DNA of 59,076 nt from a virus (taxonomy: Duplodnaviria > Caudoviricetes), in IMG/VR virus record IMGVR_UViG_3300043353_000061, positions 1-59,076 of that record; one strand, 5' to 3'. Under the pieces are notes generated by a model. It was not told the DNA's origin. It saw only the letters and a list, made by a program, of their open reading frames with translations, and searched no databases. A program made the position numbers and the translations under genes. Shown here piece by piece: positions 27,681 through 37,083 of this stretch (positions are counted from its first letter, which is position 1; every line of letters begins with the position of its first letter).

Positions 27681-29099
27681 TCAGACGCTCACCACGTTGG
27701 AGGGTTGGCCACTGGTTCCGTCGGGCGTCACGCCCCGCACCCGGTAGTAGCCCGTCGAGAGCGGGGTGTACGGCACCTGCGAGTCGAGCACGCCCGCCGT
27801 CTCGGTCGTGTACGCCAGCCCCGCCGCCGACCGCTCGACGGTGTACGACGCGGCCCCCGCCGCCCCCCGCCACCGCAGGGTGCCGCTCGACAGGCTCAGT
27901 GTCGTCACGCCGGGCACCAGCCACGCGGGAGCGGTTCGGCCCCGGAAGTCGTGCGCCCACTGCCGCAGGGCGAGCACCTTGCTTTGGTTGGTCGCGTTGC
28001 CGAACAGCAAGTCGTAGGGCAGGCTGTCCTGCCCGACGTAGTTGTTCGCGTTCTCCCACCCGTAGGTGTCCGCGTGGGCGGCGAGCGCCCACCAGCCGGA
28101 GCCGGCCATCTGACTCCGGCCCGTCACCATCGCGGCGAGGAACGTGGCCAGTGCCGTGCCGCCGCGGTTGTTGTTCCAGTCCCACTCGCCCGCGATAAAT
28201 GGTTTCGTGGCGGCGGCACACGTGCTGATGTCGGTGGCCAACTGCGTCGTGCTGAGCGGGTAGTAGTGGTCGCTGTGCAGGTCGAGGTCGGAGTAGGCCA
28301 GGCTCGTCGCGTCCCACCCGTCGGCCGCCGGGAACGCCCCGTCGAGGACTAGCTGTCGAGGGGCAATCGACTTCAAGTAGGTCGCCAGGCTCCGCGCCCA
28401 CGCCCCCCGGTTCCCGATCTCGTTACCCGTCTCCCACGCCATGATGGTCGGGTCGTCGCAGTACCGCAGGCCGGTCAGCGTGTTCCGCCGCGTGACGAAC
28501 GCCTGCACGCAGGACTTCCACCGGGTCGTGGTGGTGGAGAGTGCGTAGAAGTCGGCGTTCGTGCCGGCCCCACCCAGGGCCGTGCTCCACTTGATCGGAC
28601 TGCCGACGTAGTAGTCGTACCCCTCCCGGTCGCTCAGCACCGGGATGAGCCGCAGCCCGTAGTCGCGGGCGCGGGCCACGGCGTAATCCGCCACCACCAT
28701 CGCCGCCTCGCTCGGGGTGGCCGCGAGCGCTTCGGTGCTCGTCGGGAAGACGCTGTTCGTGTACCCGAAGGTCGGCCCGAGCGAGTACCCGCGGACCACC
28801 TGACAGCCCATCGCCACGGCCGTGGCGTACCCGTCGTCCACCTGCTTGCGGCTGGGGTAGTAGGTGCCGCCGGGCGGGGTCGGCTGCCACGTCGCCGAGT
28901 GGCTCAGCCCCAACCACATGAAGTTGACGGAGACGAACGGGTCGAAGCGTACGCCCCCGACGTACAGCCCCGCCCCGCTCCGGGTGACGAACGGGCCGAC
29001 GGGTTTGCGGGCCACCGCCCGCGTGGGGGCCGTGCGGCGGCTGACGGCCGCCGGGGGGGTCACCGCCTCCGGATACGGGCTGCGGAGGATGAGGCTCAC
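27681..29099 (-). CDS. Glycoside hydrolase family 5 (mannanase-like) with C-terminal FN3-like module
   Basis: DDPTIMAWETGNE (acid/base), HYYP, FIAGEW (nucleophile). Confidence 0.85.
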   Translation of the reverse strand: MSLILRSPYPEAVTPPAAVSRRTAPTRAVARKPVGPFVTRSGAGLYVGGVRFDPFVSVNFMWLGLSHSATWQPTPPGGTYYPSRKQVDDGYATAVAMGCQVVRGYSLGPTFGYTNSVFPTSTEALAATPSEAAMVVADYAVARARDYGLRLIPVLSDREGYDYYVGSPIKWSTALGGAGTNADFYALSTTTTRWKSCVQAFVTRRNTLTGLRYCDDPTIMAWETGNEIGNRGAWARSLATYLKSIAPRQLVLDGAFPAADGWDATSLAYSDLDLHSDHYYPLSTTQLATDISTCAAATKPFIAGEWDWNNNRGGTALATFLAAMVTGRSQMAGSGWWALAAHADTYGWENANNYVGQDSLPYDLLFGNATNQSKVLALRQWAHDFRGRTAPAWLVPGVTTLSLSSGTLRWRGAAGAASYTVERSAAGLAYTTETAGVLDSQVPYTPLSTGYYRVRGVTPDGTSGQPSNVVSV

Positions 29100-29632
29100 G
29101 CGGACCTCCGCAGCGTGACGCCCTTGTAGGTGCTGATGCCGCTGACGGTGATCTTCAGCACGTCACCCGCGGCCAGCGTGACGGGGAGCGAGGTGCTGCT
29201 GAAGGACGTGGTGTCGGCGGCGAGGGCTTTGGTGTAGGCCAGCGTGCCGGTGCCTCCAACGCTCGGCGAGGCGGCCAGCGTCATGGCTTCCGGGGCCACG
29301 AAGTAGGCGTCGCCGTTGTCGGTGAAGCTGACGGACACGTCTTTGGGGGCGGCGAAGGCCAGGGCCGTGCGGAGGGCGGCGGCGTCGGCCAGGGCCAGGA
29401 GCGAGCGGCCGAACGTGGTGGTGGTCAGGGCGGCAATCGCCGTCAGGTCGCTGTCGAGGGGTTGGTAGCCGGCCGCGGCGGCAGCGGCAGCCAGGGATAG
29501 TATGCCGGCGACGGTCGCCTTCTTGCTCGACCCGGCCGGGTCGTCGGTCGTGTCGGACACGTCGCAAATATAAATCAAATCGCCCGCCGCCGGGGTGGCG
29601 CTCGTCAGGTCGGAGAGCTTCGTGTCGGCCAC
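29096..29632 (-). CDS. Tail fiber-associated protein
   Basis: ADTKLSDL start; QPLDSDLTAIAAL..FGRSLL fiber motif. Confidence 0.7.
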   Translation of the reverse strand: MADTKLSDLTSATPAAGDLIYICDVSDTTDDPAGSSKKATVAGILSLAAAAAAAGYQPLDSDLTAIAALTTTTFGRSLLALADAAALRTALAFAAPKDVSVSFTDNGDAYFVAPEAMTLAASPSVGGTGTLAYTKALAADTTSFSSTSLPVTLAAGDVLKITVSGISTYKGVTLRRSA

Positions 29633-29643
29633 TGGTCGCGTCC

Positions 29644-29922
29644 TCAGCATTCGAGGGTGTTGACGGCCACGCTCACGCACATGGTGTCCGCGCCGTTCGT
29701 GGCTTCCACCGTGACCGTGACCGTCGTGCCGGCCGTTCCGCCGCTCACCCGGAAGGCGACCACGTTCTCGGTGCTGACCACGTCCGGCGTGCCGAGGGTC
29801 AGGCCGGTCGCCGACACCGTGGCCGCCGTGACGGGGGTGGCGGCGAACTCCGGGACTTCGGAGAAGTCCACGCCGACCGGCAGGGAGTCGTGGACGCCGC
29901 GGGTGTACATGCCCACGTTCAT
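29644..29922 (-). CDS. Small beta-rich fiber-tail adaptor-like protein
   Basis: VDFS..VSGGTAG..VTV pattern; ATGA overlap. Confidence 0.65.
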   Translation of the reverse strand: MNVGMYTRGVHDSLPVGVDFSEVPEFAATPVTAATVSATGLTLGTPDVVSTENVVAFRVSGGTAGTTVTVTVEATNGADTMCVSVAVNTLEC

Positions 29923-30071
29923 CGGCCGACCCTCACCGTGAACGTCCGCGTCGGGTTCCGCACCGTGAACACGAGCGTCGGGTACAAGACCGTCACGCCA
30001 CCCTGCAACAGCAGGCTGCCGCCGTCCTGCAACAGCAGCCGCGAGCCGTCTTGCAGGAGGAGGTACGCCAT
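29919..30071 (-). CDS. 50-aa LLLQDG-repeat virion peptide; not in ORF track
   Basis: MAYLLLQDGSRLLLQDGGSLLLQGG...; late motif 21 nt upstream. Confidence 0.65.
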   Translation of the reverse strand: MAYLLLQDGSRLLLQDGGSLLLQGGVTVLYPTLVFTVRNPTRTFTVRVGR

Positions 30072-30092
30072 GCCCAAAGCATGGCACCGACC

Positions 30093-30105
30093 GGGGAACC
30101 GGCGT
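30093..30105 (-). promoter_or_regulatory. Late-promoter motif ACGCCGGTTCCCC (fiber operon)
   Basis: Exact copy, N9-CATGCT-N6-ATG. Confidence 0.8.
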
Positions 30106-30107
30106 CC

Positions 30108-30656
30108 TCAGCACGTCGGCGACACCCTCAACACCTCTTGCCGTGCCGCGCTCCGCCCCGGCGCCCACGCCCGCCGGATCACAAACCGCCGACCATTCCC
30201 CCACTGCCGCTTGGCCCAGGCCACCACCCCCCGGCGGGCGCTCTGTTCGCTCGGGAACGGCCGGCAGCCGGGCGTCTCCTCCGCCTCGCACGCCCACTGG
30301 TATTCGGGGTGCCGGCCGATCACCCGGCCGCCCTCCCCGCAGGCGTCCACCTCCGCCCACCACCCACCGGGCGCCCGCCACACCACCCAGCCTTGAGTTT
30401 GCCGCAGGTGCCACACCTTCCGCCAGTTGGTGCCGAACGTGGCCTTCCAGTGGCGAATCAGGGTCTGAGCTGCGGCACGGGCGGTGGGCATCCCGGAGCA
30501 GATGCGTTTCTGGAAGAACCGCGCATGAAACGTGCCGCTCGTCTTGTCCGGGTACACCCCGTGGTAGCCGGTGTCGCTCTGGGGTCGGGTGTCGCGCAGG
30601 TACAGCAGGTCCGAGGCGGTGACTGGTAAAGGGTCGGGCTGTGTCTCGCAGGGCAT
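30108..30656 (-). CDS. AP2-like DNA-binding protein
   Basis: TGYHGVY..TFHAR..GMPTARAAA, plus a second degenerate unit. Confidence 0.55.
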   Translation of the reverse strand: MPCETQPDPLPVTASDLLYLRDTRPQSDTGYHGVYPDKTSGTFHARFFQKRICSGMPTARAAAQTLIRHWKATFGTNWRKVWHLRQTQGWVVWRAPGGWWAEVDACGEGGRVIGRHPEYQWACEAEETPGCRPFPSEQSARRGVVAWAKRQWGNGRRFVIRRAWAPGRSAARQEVLRVSPTC

Positions 30657-30808
30657 GGGGCGACCGCTCCGGGGGCGTGGTACAATGGGGTACACGTCTC
30701 GGAGCGGTCGCGGTAACACGGCGGCGGGGGTATTGCTGTGGCGGCGTGCCCCCGTCGTCGAACTCGAGTCTTGCACACCGGGCGGAACCGGCAGTTCAGT
30801 TCGGCGCC

Positions 30809-32122
30809 TCACCCCCGCTCGAGCACCGTCTGGTAGCCGCTCTCGGGGCGCACAACCCAGCCCTGTGACTGGAGCCATTCGACCGCCAGCCGGCCCTTGC
30901 CCTCGTACCCTCCCGCCCCTTTCGGCGTGTCGTCGAAGACGATCAGCCCACGATCGGACATCAGCCGTTCGCCCGCCTGCGCTTCCGTCAGCCCGTGCTC
31001 GGCGCATCCCGGCCGGTCCGTGTCCAAACTGTCGAGATAGGCCAGGTCGATGGGTTCGGTGCGGTTGAGCAGGTACGTCACGCTGTCGGCCTCGACCACG
31101 CTCACCCGCGACCACCGGCCGCACAGCGAACGTGACGTCGCGCAGTGCCCCGCGTCGTTGTCCACGCTCACCAGCTCGCCCCCGTGCGTTTCCAGCACCG
31201 CCCCGCACAGCCAGGTGAAGTAGCCGGCGCTCCAGTCGTCGGGCGACCGCACGCACCCCGTTTCCACAACCCGCGGGTGAGGGAAGCGTTCCCGCAGTTC
31301 CGCGAACAGCCATTCCGTCGTTGCCGCCCGCTGCCCCAACTTCTCACGCACCACCCGGCCCACGTCCACCGGCCGGCGACCCGCCGCCATCACCTCGCGC
31401 ACGCCGATGTCGGCCATCCCCCGCCCGCACCCGCCCACCCCGGCGAGCGACGGGGCTTCGCCGAACACGAACCGGAACGGGAACGCGGTCATCACCACCG
31501 TGCCCGGCACCCCGTACAAGCCGGCCAGGTGCGACATGCCGCTATCGTTGCCGTACGAGTGGTCGGCGTTGGCCACCGCGCTCGTCACCCACGCGGGCGA
31601 CTTGTCCCAATGCACCTCGCAGGACCGGCCGAACAGCGCCCGCAGGCGGGGCCGCTTGTGGTTCTCGCCGATCACGACGACCCGCCCGCCGAGCCGTTCG
31701 GCGAACTCCCGCCAGCGGTCCTCCGGCCAGTCGCGTGGCTTGTCGTTGTGCGCGTACGGGGCGATCAGCGCGTACCCCGGCGGGATGACGGGCGGCGGGC
31801 GTTTGACGGCACGCGGGCGGGCGGGGGCGAACGGGGGCAGGTCGCTCGACTTGGCGATGTTGTCGCAATACCACTGCGCCCGGCTCGCACAGGTGCCGGC
31901 CGCCGCCGCCCGCGTCTGGCCGTCGTAATCGGCGGCGGCGTCGATGCCCGTTTCGCCGCGGAACGGCAGGACCGTCACGCCGGGGTGCGACACGCCGGGG
32001 AACCACTCGCTCTTGCGGCAGTGGTAGACGACCTCGCGGCCGGCGTCGGCCAGGCCGCAGGCGGCGTAGAGGCCGGTGACGGCGTCGCCGATGCCGTGGG
32101 CGGAGAGGTGGATGTGGATCAT
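30809..32122 (-). CDS. GT9-like glycosyltransferase fused to class I SAM methyltransferase
   Basis: GIGD, RDWP, GNDSGMSHLAG; VVETG, IDLAYLDS, IVFDD. Confidence 0.82.
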   Translation of the reverse strand: MIHIHLSAHGIGDAVTGLYAACGLADAGREVVYHCRKSEWFPGVSHPGVTVLPFRGETGIDAAADYDGQTRAAAAGTCASRAQWYCDNIAKSSDLPPFAPARPRAVKRPPPVIPPGYALIAPYAHNDKPRDWPEDRWREFAERLGGRVVVIGENHKRPRLRALFGRSCEVHWDKSPAWVTSAVANADHSYGNDSGMSHLAGLYGVPGTVVMTAFPFRFVFGEAPSLAGVGGCGRGMADIGVREVMAAGRRPVDVGRVVREKLGQRAATTEWLFAELRERFPHPRVVETGCVRSPDDWSAGYFTWLCGAVLETHGGELVSVDNDAGHCATSRSLCGRWSRVSVVEADSVTYLLNRTEPIDLAYLDSLDTDRPGCAEHGLTEAQAGERLMSDRGLIVFDDTPKGAGGYEGKGRLAVEWLQSQGWVVRPESGYQTVLERG

Positions 32123-33240
32123 GCCCCGCTCGCCTCCAGCGCCCGGAACAGGTCGAGCCGCCGCTGCAACCCGCCCGCCTGCTGGGTCAGCCCGGCCGGG
32201 TGGACGAACGGGGGGAGGGGCGGGCCGAGCAGTTCCCACCCCCGGTCACGCCAGTGCTGCCAGTGGGTCGCCGGGTGCGGCAGGTCGTGCAGTTGCCACC
32301 CCGCCCGGAACGTCGTCGCCTTGCTCCACAGTTCTTCGCTGATCCAGTGCTTCGGGATCGGGCGCAGTGGCGGCTCCCAATAGCCGGCGTGCGTCGGCCG
32401 CAGGACCACCAGCCCGCTGTTCCAGTGGATATCCTCGGCCCCGTCGGGAACGCCCACCCCCTGCGAGTCGCACACTTCGCGGAGCTTCGCGGCGAACTGC
32501 GGCATCAGCCCGTGGGCGCTCAGGTCGTCGGAAATGCTCACCCCGATGCGGCCGGGGGGAACCACGTCGAACAGGTCGGGGGCGTCCCGCCGCACCCACA
32601 CGTCGGCGTCCATGCAGATCGTCCCGCCGGGATAGTGCGGGACGAAGTCCTTGAACCGGAACTTCTCCAGCATGAACCAACTCTGCGTTGTGTCGCCCAG
32701 CACCACGTAATCCGCCCCCATCCGCTCGGCGTACCGCTGCTGACTGGCCCGCGTCAGGTCGTGCGTCCGCAACCCCTCGTCGCCCACCGCCACCGTGATG
32801 ACCAGGCGGGGGCGGGTCGGGGTGAGCGTTGGCGGCGGGACGGGTTGCCAGCGGGGGAGTTGACCGGGGACCGGATAGGGATTGGGCGGAACGAGGATGT
32901 AGGGATTCGGGTCGGGGGCGGCGGTCATCTTGGCGGCGGACGCAGAGTAGCCCGGACATTTCTCGCCGCACCCCTGGCACGGACACACCACCGGGCCGAG
33001 CGGCTGAGCCGGGTGGGTGCAGTGCGACCACTTCCGCCGGTGGTCCAACTTCAGTCCGTTCCGTTCGGCCCCGGTCAACTCGTCGCCGACGTGGACGCAG
33101 GGCAGCGACACGCGGGCTGGGGCTGGTGCCGGCCGCTTCGGGGCATTCGCGTGATTCCGCCTGCCGCCGTTGCCGGCGTTCAGGTCGCACCTGTGGCACC
33201 ACGAGCCGGGCGAGCAGGCGTGTGGGATTGCGACGGCCAA
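32119..33240 (-). CDS. GT-A fold glycosyltransferase with Cys-rich N-terminus
   Basis: YAERMGADY, MDADVWV (DxD), WNSGLVV. Confidence 0.78.
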   Translation of the reverse strand: MAVAIPHACSPGSWCHRCDLNAGNGGRRNHANAPKRPAPAPARVSLPCVHVGDELTGAERNGLKLDHRRKWSHCTHPAQPLGPVVCPCQGCGEKCPGYSASAAKMTAAPDPNPYILVPPNPYPVPGQLPRWQPVPPPTLTPTRPRLVITVAVGDEGLRTHDLTRASQQRYAERMGADYVVLGDTTQSWFMLEKFRFKDFVPHYPGGTICMDADVWVRRDAPDLFDVVPPGRIGVSISDDLSAHGLMPQFAAKLREVCDSQGVGVPDGAEDIHWNSGLVVLRPTHAGYWEPPLRPIPKHWISEELWSKATTFRAGWQLHDLPHPATHWQHWRDRGWELLGPPLPPFVHPAGLTQQAGGLQRRLDLFRALEASGA

Positions 33241-33253
33241 GTCAGCCCCCTCG

Positions 33254-33841
33254 TCACAGCCGTGAAATGTACACGTCGGCCTCGCCGCTCACGTACTCGT
33301 CCACCCCGGCGAACAGCACCCGCCCGACGTACTGGTCCGGGTCGAACCCGTCGGCGCACGACGCGGTCGTGTACAGCCGGCCGTCGTCCGGCGCCGTGGA
33401 CCAACCCGGTTCGAGCGTACCCCCGTCGTCGAACGCGAAGTGCGTCAGCCCGTTCCCGAAGAAGATGACGATTGCCAGGTCGTCGCCGGAACAGGAGAAG
33501 CCCATCCGCAACTGCCGGATGTCGGAGCCGGTGCTGCCGAGGCACGCGGTCACGCTCCCGCACGGGGACGTGGGGGTTAGGGGGTCCAGGCGGTAGCTGT
33601 TCGCCAGCCCCATGTCGGGGGTCTGGTTCAAGAAGCTGATGACGAGCGGGTAGGGGATCGTGAAGGGTTGGGCGCACGACCCGCAGGTGACTACCAGTGG
33701 GCACGCATCGCCCGCATCTTCTAAATTCGCATACGGGCCGGTCGTCGCCCCGTCGGGGGGCGTGTACACGCCGTCCTCGTCGGCCTCCACGCCGACCGGC
33801 CCGTCGGCCGTACACCAGTAGGTCGTCGGACAACAGGACAT
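33254..33841 (-). CDS. Cys-rich putative tail-tip protein
   Basis: MSCC start, location. Confidence 0.55.
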   Translation of the reverse strand: MSCCPTTYWCTADGPVGVEADEDGVYTPPDGATTGPYANLEDAGDACPLVVTCGSCAQPFTIPYPLVISFLNQTPDMGLANSYRLDPLTPTSPCGSVTACLGSTGSDIRQLRMGFSCSGDDLAIVIFFGNGLTHFAFDDGGTLEPGWSTAPDDGRLYTTASCADGFDPDQYVGRVLFAGVDEYVSGEADVYISRL

Positions 33842-33844
33842 GGC

Positions 33845-34777
33845 TCAGCCCTCGCCCGGCGGGGAGACGATGTTAAACGTGATGGTGACGAACCCGCCGC
33901 CGCTGGTGTCGAACGAGTCGGTGGTCGCGCCGGAGCCGCTGTCCGACCCGGTGTCCGCGCCCACCAGCGACCACGTCGCCGTCTCCCCGACGAACAACTG
34001 GCACTCGGCGGTGTAACTGCCGTCGGGTACGTAGATCAGGATGTTCCCGGAGCTGTTGGTGACGTAGTCGGTCAGGCCCACCGTGATGGTGCGGACGAGC
34101 GAGCCGCCCCCGGTCATAATCAGGTTGACGAGAATGGTGTTCAGCGCGGCCGGCGGTGGGGGCGGCGACGTGCCGCCGATGATCTCCGTCACACCGCACG
34201 CCGGGTCACAGTACCCCGACTCCCGGCACTCCACCGTCCCGTCGGCCAGTCCCCACCGCTGGGCGATGCCGGCCACGCCGATGATCGCCCCGTACTCGTC
34301 CACGAGGGGGATCAGGCACGGGTCGCCGAGCGGGTACTCGCCGCTCGCAGCCTCCGCCGCCGGCGCCTCGAACTCCCACGTGCCCGCCACCGTCGGAGAT
34401 TTCCGCATCATCACCATCGACCCCGTCGCCACCGTGCCCGTGTACCCCGCCTCCGGCTCCGCGACGTAGGCGTCGAACTCCCCGAACCGCGACCCGTCCA
34501 CCCAGCTCCCCGTGGCCGTCTGCACCCGCTCCACCCACGAGTACGCCCGGTGGTCCCCGTCCACGCCCGACCCCGCCGACCCGCCGCCGCCGTGGCCGAG
34601 GATCTCGGCGAAGAAGAAGTTGTCGAAGGATTTGGAATCAATCCCGATGATCTGCCCCTGCATTCGGCCGGGGCGGTCGATCGTGAGGGGGGCACTCACC
34701 ACGTCCACCCGCAAGCCGTACCGCTGGTACGCCTTCATCATCTCCCGCATCAGGGCGACTTCGGCGGCGTCGAGCAT
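33845..34777 (-). CDS. Putative tail protein
   Basis: Location; YSWVE motif; beta-rich C-terminus. Confidence 0.6.
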   Translation of the reverse strand: MLDAAEVALMREMMKAYQRYGLRVDVVSAPLTIDRPGRMQGQIIGIDSKSFDNFFFAEILGHGGGGSAGSGVDGDHRAYSWVERVQTATGSWVDGSRFGEFDAYVAEPEAGYTGTVATGSMVMMRKSPTVAGTWEFEAPAAEAASGEYPLGDPCLIPLVDEYGAIIGVAGIAQRWGLADGTVECRESGYCDPACGVTEIIGGTSPPPPPAALNTILVNLIMTGGGSLVRTITVGLTDYVTNSSGNILIYVPDGSYTAECQLFVGETATWSLVGADTGSDSGSGATTDSFDTSGGGFVTITFNIVSPPGEG

Positions 34778-34780
34778 GGG

Positions 34781-35953
34781 TTACGGGATGGCGTAGGTGG
34801 GGTCGTCGGCGTGTCGGAACAGGTGCGTGAAGTTGGTCGATTCCAGGGCGGTGACGCCGTTGTAGCTGCCACGGGTGGTGGAATCCCCGGCGGTAGCGAG
34901 ATACCAGTACCGGGTTTTGCGCCAGGGGAACAAGTGGTGCCCGTACTTGGGGTCGGGGGTCGGCCCGCTCACCACCCGCTTGACCGCCGCCGGGTCGCGG
35001 GGAGGGTCCATGTAGTCGAAGGAGAGGGTGTAGTCGGCCGCCCACGACCCGAACTCCGAATCGGTCCGAACCGGCAGTTGGTAGCTGTGCTCCTCCAGGG
35101 CGCTGAACAGCAGCGTGCCGGCCTTGTACCGCGAAGCCGTGCCGGGGAACGGGGCGTCGTTCACCGTCCCCAACTGCCGCACCAGCCGGACCGGCAGGGG
35201 CATCATGAACGAGTCGTAGTGCGCCTCGTCGAAGTCCATCCGCCCGCACGTGTACTCGATGGGCACCGCCCGCCAGGTGATCTGGAATTTAGTCACGTTC
35301 CGGCGGACGTATTGGGTGCCGTTGAAGGCGGACGCCGACCCGCTCCCCGCGGTCGGGCCGTCGCCCCCACCTTCCGCCCAATACAGGCTCGCCGCGTCCC
35401 CGGCGCCCTCGGCGGTGATGAGGTCGAGCTGGACCGACTTGCCGACGGTCCCCACGTTCCGCATCCACTCCTTGCCGATGTAGTTGTCCGCCCACGTCGG
35501 GTCGGTGTCGGCCCACTGCCGCCCCCACACCGGCTTGAACCGCACGAGGATGTCCACCTGCGTATACCGGGTGGTGAACGCCGGGGAGTACCCCTCGAAG
35601 CCGACGCTATCCTCTTTGGCTTTATTCGCGCCGACCGTCTGATGTTGCGCGAGCGGGTTCCACAGGAGCGGGGCGACGCTATCGGCCCACAGCCACGGGA
35701 ACCGCGGGTGCTGAACCGGCACCGCCTCCCGGTGCAGGCGGTACGGCGAGGCGAAGTCCGCCCAGCTCCAGCCGAGGATCTGTTGCAGGCAACTCCGCAC
35801 CTTGTTCGAGGTGGTGGTGATGAGCAGGGCTTCCTCGCTGTTCTGGAGCGAGTGCGCCCCCGACCCGCCGGGGTTCTCCTTCGCCACCTTCTCCCGCCAA
35901 TCGTCCAGGTCCCACAGGTCGGCCGGCTTCTCCGGCAGGATGATGACCGGCAC
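34781..35953 (-). CDS. Putative tail hub/baseplate protein
   Basis: HPRFPWL, GTVN..FPG..GTLLF patterns; location. Confidence 0.6.
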   Translation of the reverse strand: MPVIILPEKPADLWDLDDWREKVAKENPGGSGAHSLQNSEEALLITTTSNKVRSCLQQILGWSWADFASPYRLHREAVPVQHPRFPWLWADSVAPLLWNPLAQHQTVGANKAKEDSVGFEGYSPAFTTRYTQVDILVRFKPVWGRQWADTDPTWADNYIGKEWMRNVGTVGKSVQLDLITAEGAGDAASLYWAEGGGDGPTAGSGSASAFNGTQYVRRNVTKFQITWRAVPIEYTCGRMDFDEAHYDSFMMPLPVRLVRQLGTVNDAPFPGTASRYKAGTLLFSALEEHSYQLPVRTDSEFGSWAADYTLSFDYMDPPRDPAAVKRVVSGPTPDPKYGHHLFPWRKTRYWYLATAGDSTTRGSYNGVTALESTNFTHLFRHADDPTYAIP

Positions 35954-35956
35954 GTG

Positions 35957-36475
35957 TCACCTCCCCGCGAAGTAGGCGATGTAGGTCACGGACTCGGAGG
36001 CGTGCGAGTCGAGCACCTTCACGTCCTTGTGGGTGGCGTCCACCGGGTAGCCCGTCGTGCCTACCGGGTCGCCGACCGCGTGTCCCGGCCCGCCCGGAAG
36101 GATGGTGCGGGTGTGGGCCGCGGCCCCGAAGTCGAGCAGGTGCTGGTTCGCCGCGGCGTTGCCGATGGTCAACTTGCCGGTCGTCGAGGTGATCGTGATG
36201 TAGCAGGCGACGAGTGTCGTCAGGCTGACGGTCCCGCTGGTGCCGTCCGGGCTGTCCAGCGCCTGCAGGTCAATGGTGGCGCTGGTGCCGAAGGTGAGCG
36301 TGCCCGACTTGAACCCGATCTTCTGGACGCGGTTGGTGATGGCCGCGTCGTCGTACCAGTCCGGCTGGCTGTATTCCTTCACCTTCGGCACGGCGCGGCT
36401 GAACGCCGTCGCGCCGATCGTGCAGGACGTCTCGACCCCCGTCGTCAGCTCGAATGAGGCGTTGGATACGGCCAT
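35957..36475 (-). CDS. Putative virion structural protein
   Basis: Beta-rich; start fixed by late motif spacing. Confidence 0.65.
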   Translation of the reverse strand: MAVSNASFELTTGVETSCTIGATAFSRAVPKVKEYSQPDWYDDAAITNRVQKIGFKSGTLTFGTSATIDLQALDSPDGTSGTVSLTTLVACYITITSTTGKLTIGNAAANQHLLDFGAAAHTRTILPGGPGHAVGDPVGTTGYPVDATHKDVKVLDSHASESVTYIAYFAGR

Positions 36476-36493
36476 GTGGTGAGCATGGCCGTT

Positions 36494-36531
36494 GCCGGGG
36501 AACCGGCGTCGGGGCACGCCGGTTCCCCGGC
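36494..36531. promoter_or_regulatory. Back-to-back late-promoter motifs forming a 16-bp inverted repeat
   Basis: Copies at 36497-36509 (-) and 36516-36528 (+), each 21 nt from an ATG. Confidence 0.85.
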
Positions 36532-36549
36532 GGCACTCACTCTGGTGGC

Positions 36550-37023
36550 ATGGCGTCCACGAACATCATCGACAGCGTGCAGCAGTTGTTCGCCGGCTTG
36601 GCCACGTTCAGCGGCAAGCCGAGTGCCCTGTGGCTCGGCCCGGTGTGGCCGACCTACGCCGGCTCGTTCACCAACCTGCCGTTCATCCAGTTCAACCACG
36701 ACGGCACCGAGGACGAAACCGACTTCGAGTACACGCAGTTGGAGATGTGGCCGTTCACGTTCGAGATTCGGGCGGAGACCGCCCAGCAGTGCATCCTCAT
36801 CCACGACCGGGTGAAGTTGAACGGCCAGAACCCCGAGGCGCAAGCCGGCTTCCGCTACGCGGCCACGATGACCATGCCGCCGGGCTACTCGTTCAAGGAG
36901 TTCCGCCCGGTCGGAAAGTGGCGGATCAACCCCGTCCCGGCCCAGACCGGGCCGTCCGGCGCCCCGCTCCACCTGCTCACCTTCCAGATGGAATTGCACG
37001 TCCAGCGGGTCACGTTCAGCTAG
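36550..37023 (+). CDS. Tail terminator-like protein
   Basis: Size, LPFI..FTFEIRA pattern, position before tube gene. Confidence 0.6.
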   Translation: MASTNIIDSVQQLFAGLATFSGKPSALWLGPVWPTYAGSFTNLPFIQFNHDGTEDETDFEYTQLEMWPFTFEIRAETAQQCILIHDRVKLNGQNPEAQAGFRYAATMTMPPGYSFKEFRPVGKWRINPVPAQTGPSGAPLHLLTFQMELHVQRVTFS

Positions 37024-37026
37024 CCG

Positions 37027-37039
37027 ACGCCGGTTCCCC
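37027..37039 (+). promoter_or_regulatory. Late-promoter motif (tail tube)
   Basis: Exact copy, N9-GAAGGT, then a 29-nt leader. Confidence 0.75.
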
Positions 37040-37083
37040 CCGCCGGGTGAAGGTGCGGTAGCACACCCACCGGATTCACCCTC

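Noticed and set aside
24094-33841. Diversity-generating retroelement for tail proteins
   Set aside because: No reverse transcriptase and no template/variable repeat pair seen
34550-36457. Long plus-strand ORFs (also 7814-9106, 21807-23231, 23359-24924, 45292-46671)
   Set aside because: Antisense shadows of GC-rich genes, with no motifs
36494-36531. Inverted repeat read as a terminator or IS end
   Set aside because: Lies between divergent genes, has no U-tract, and is explained by two promoter motifs
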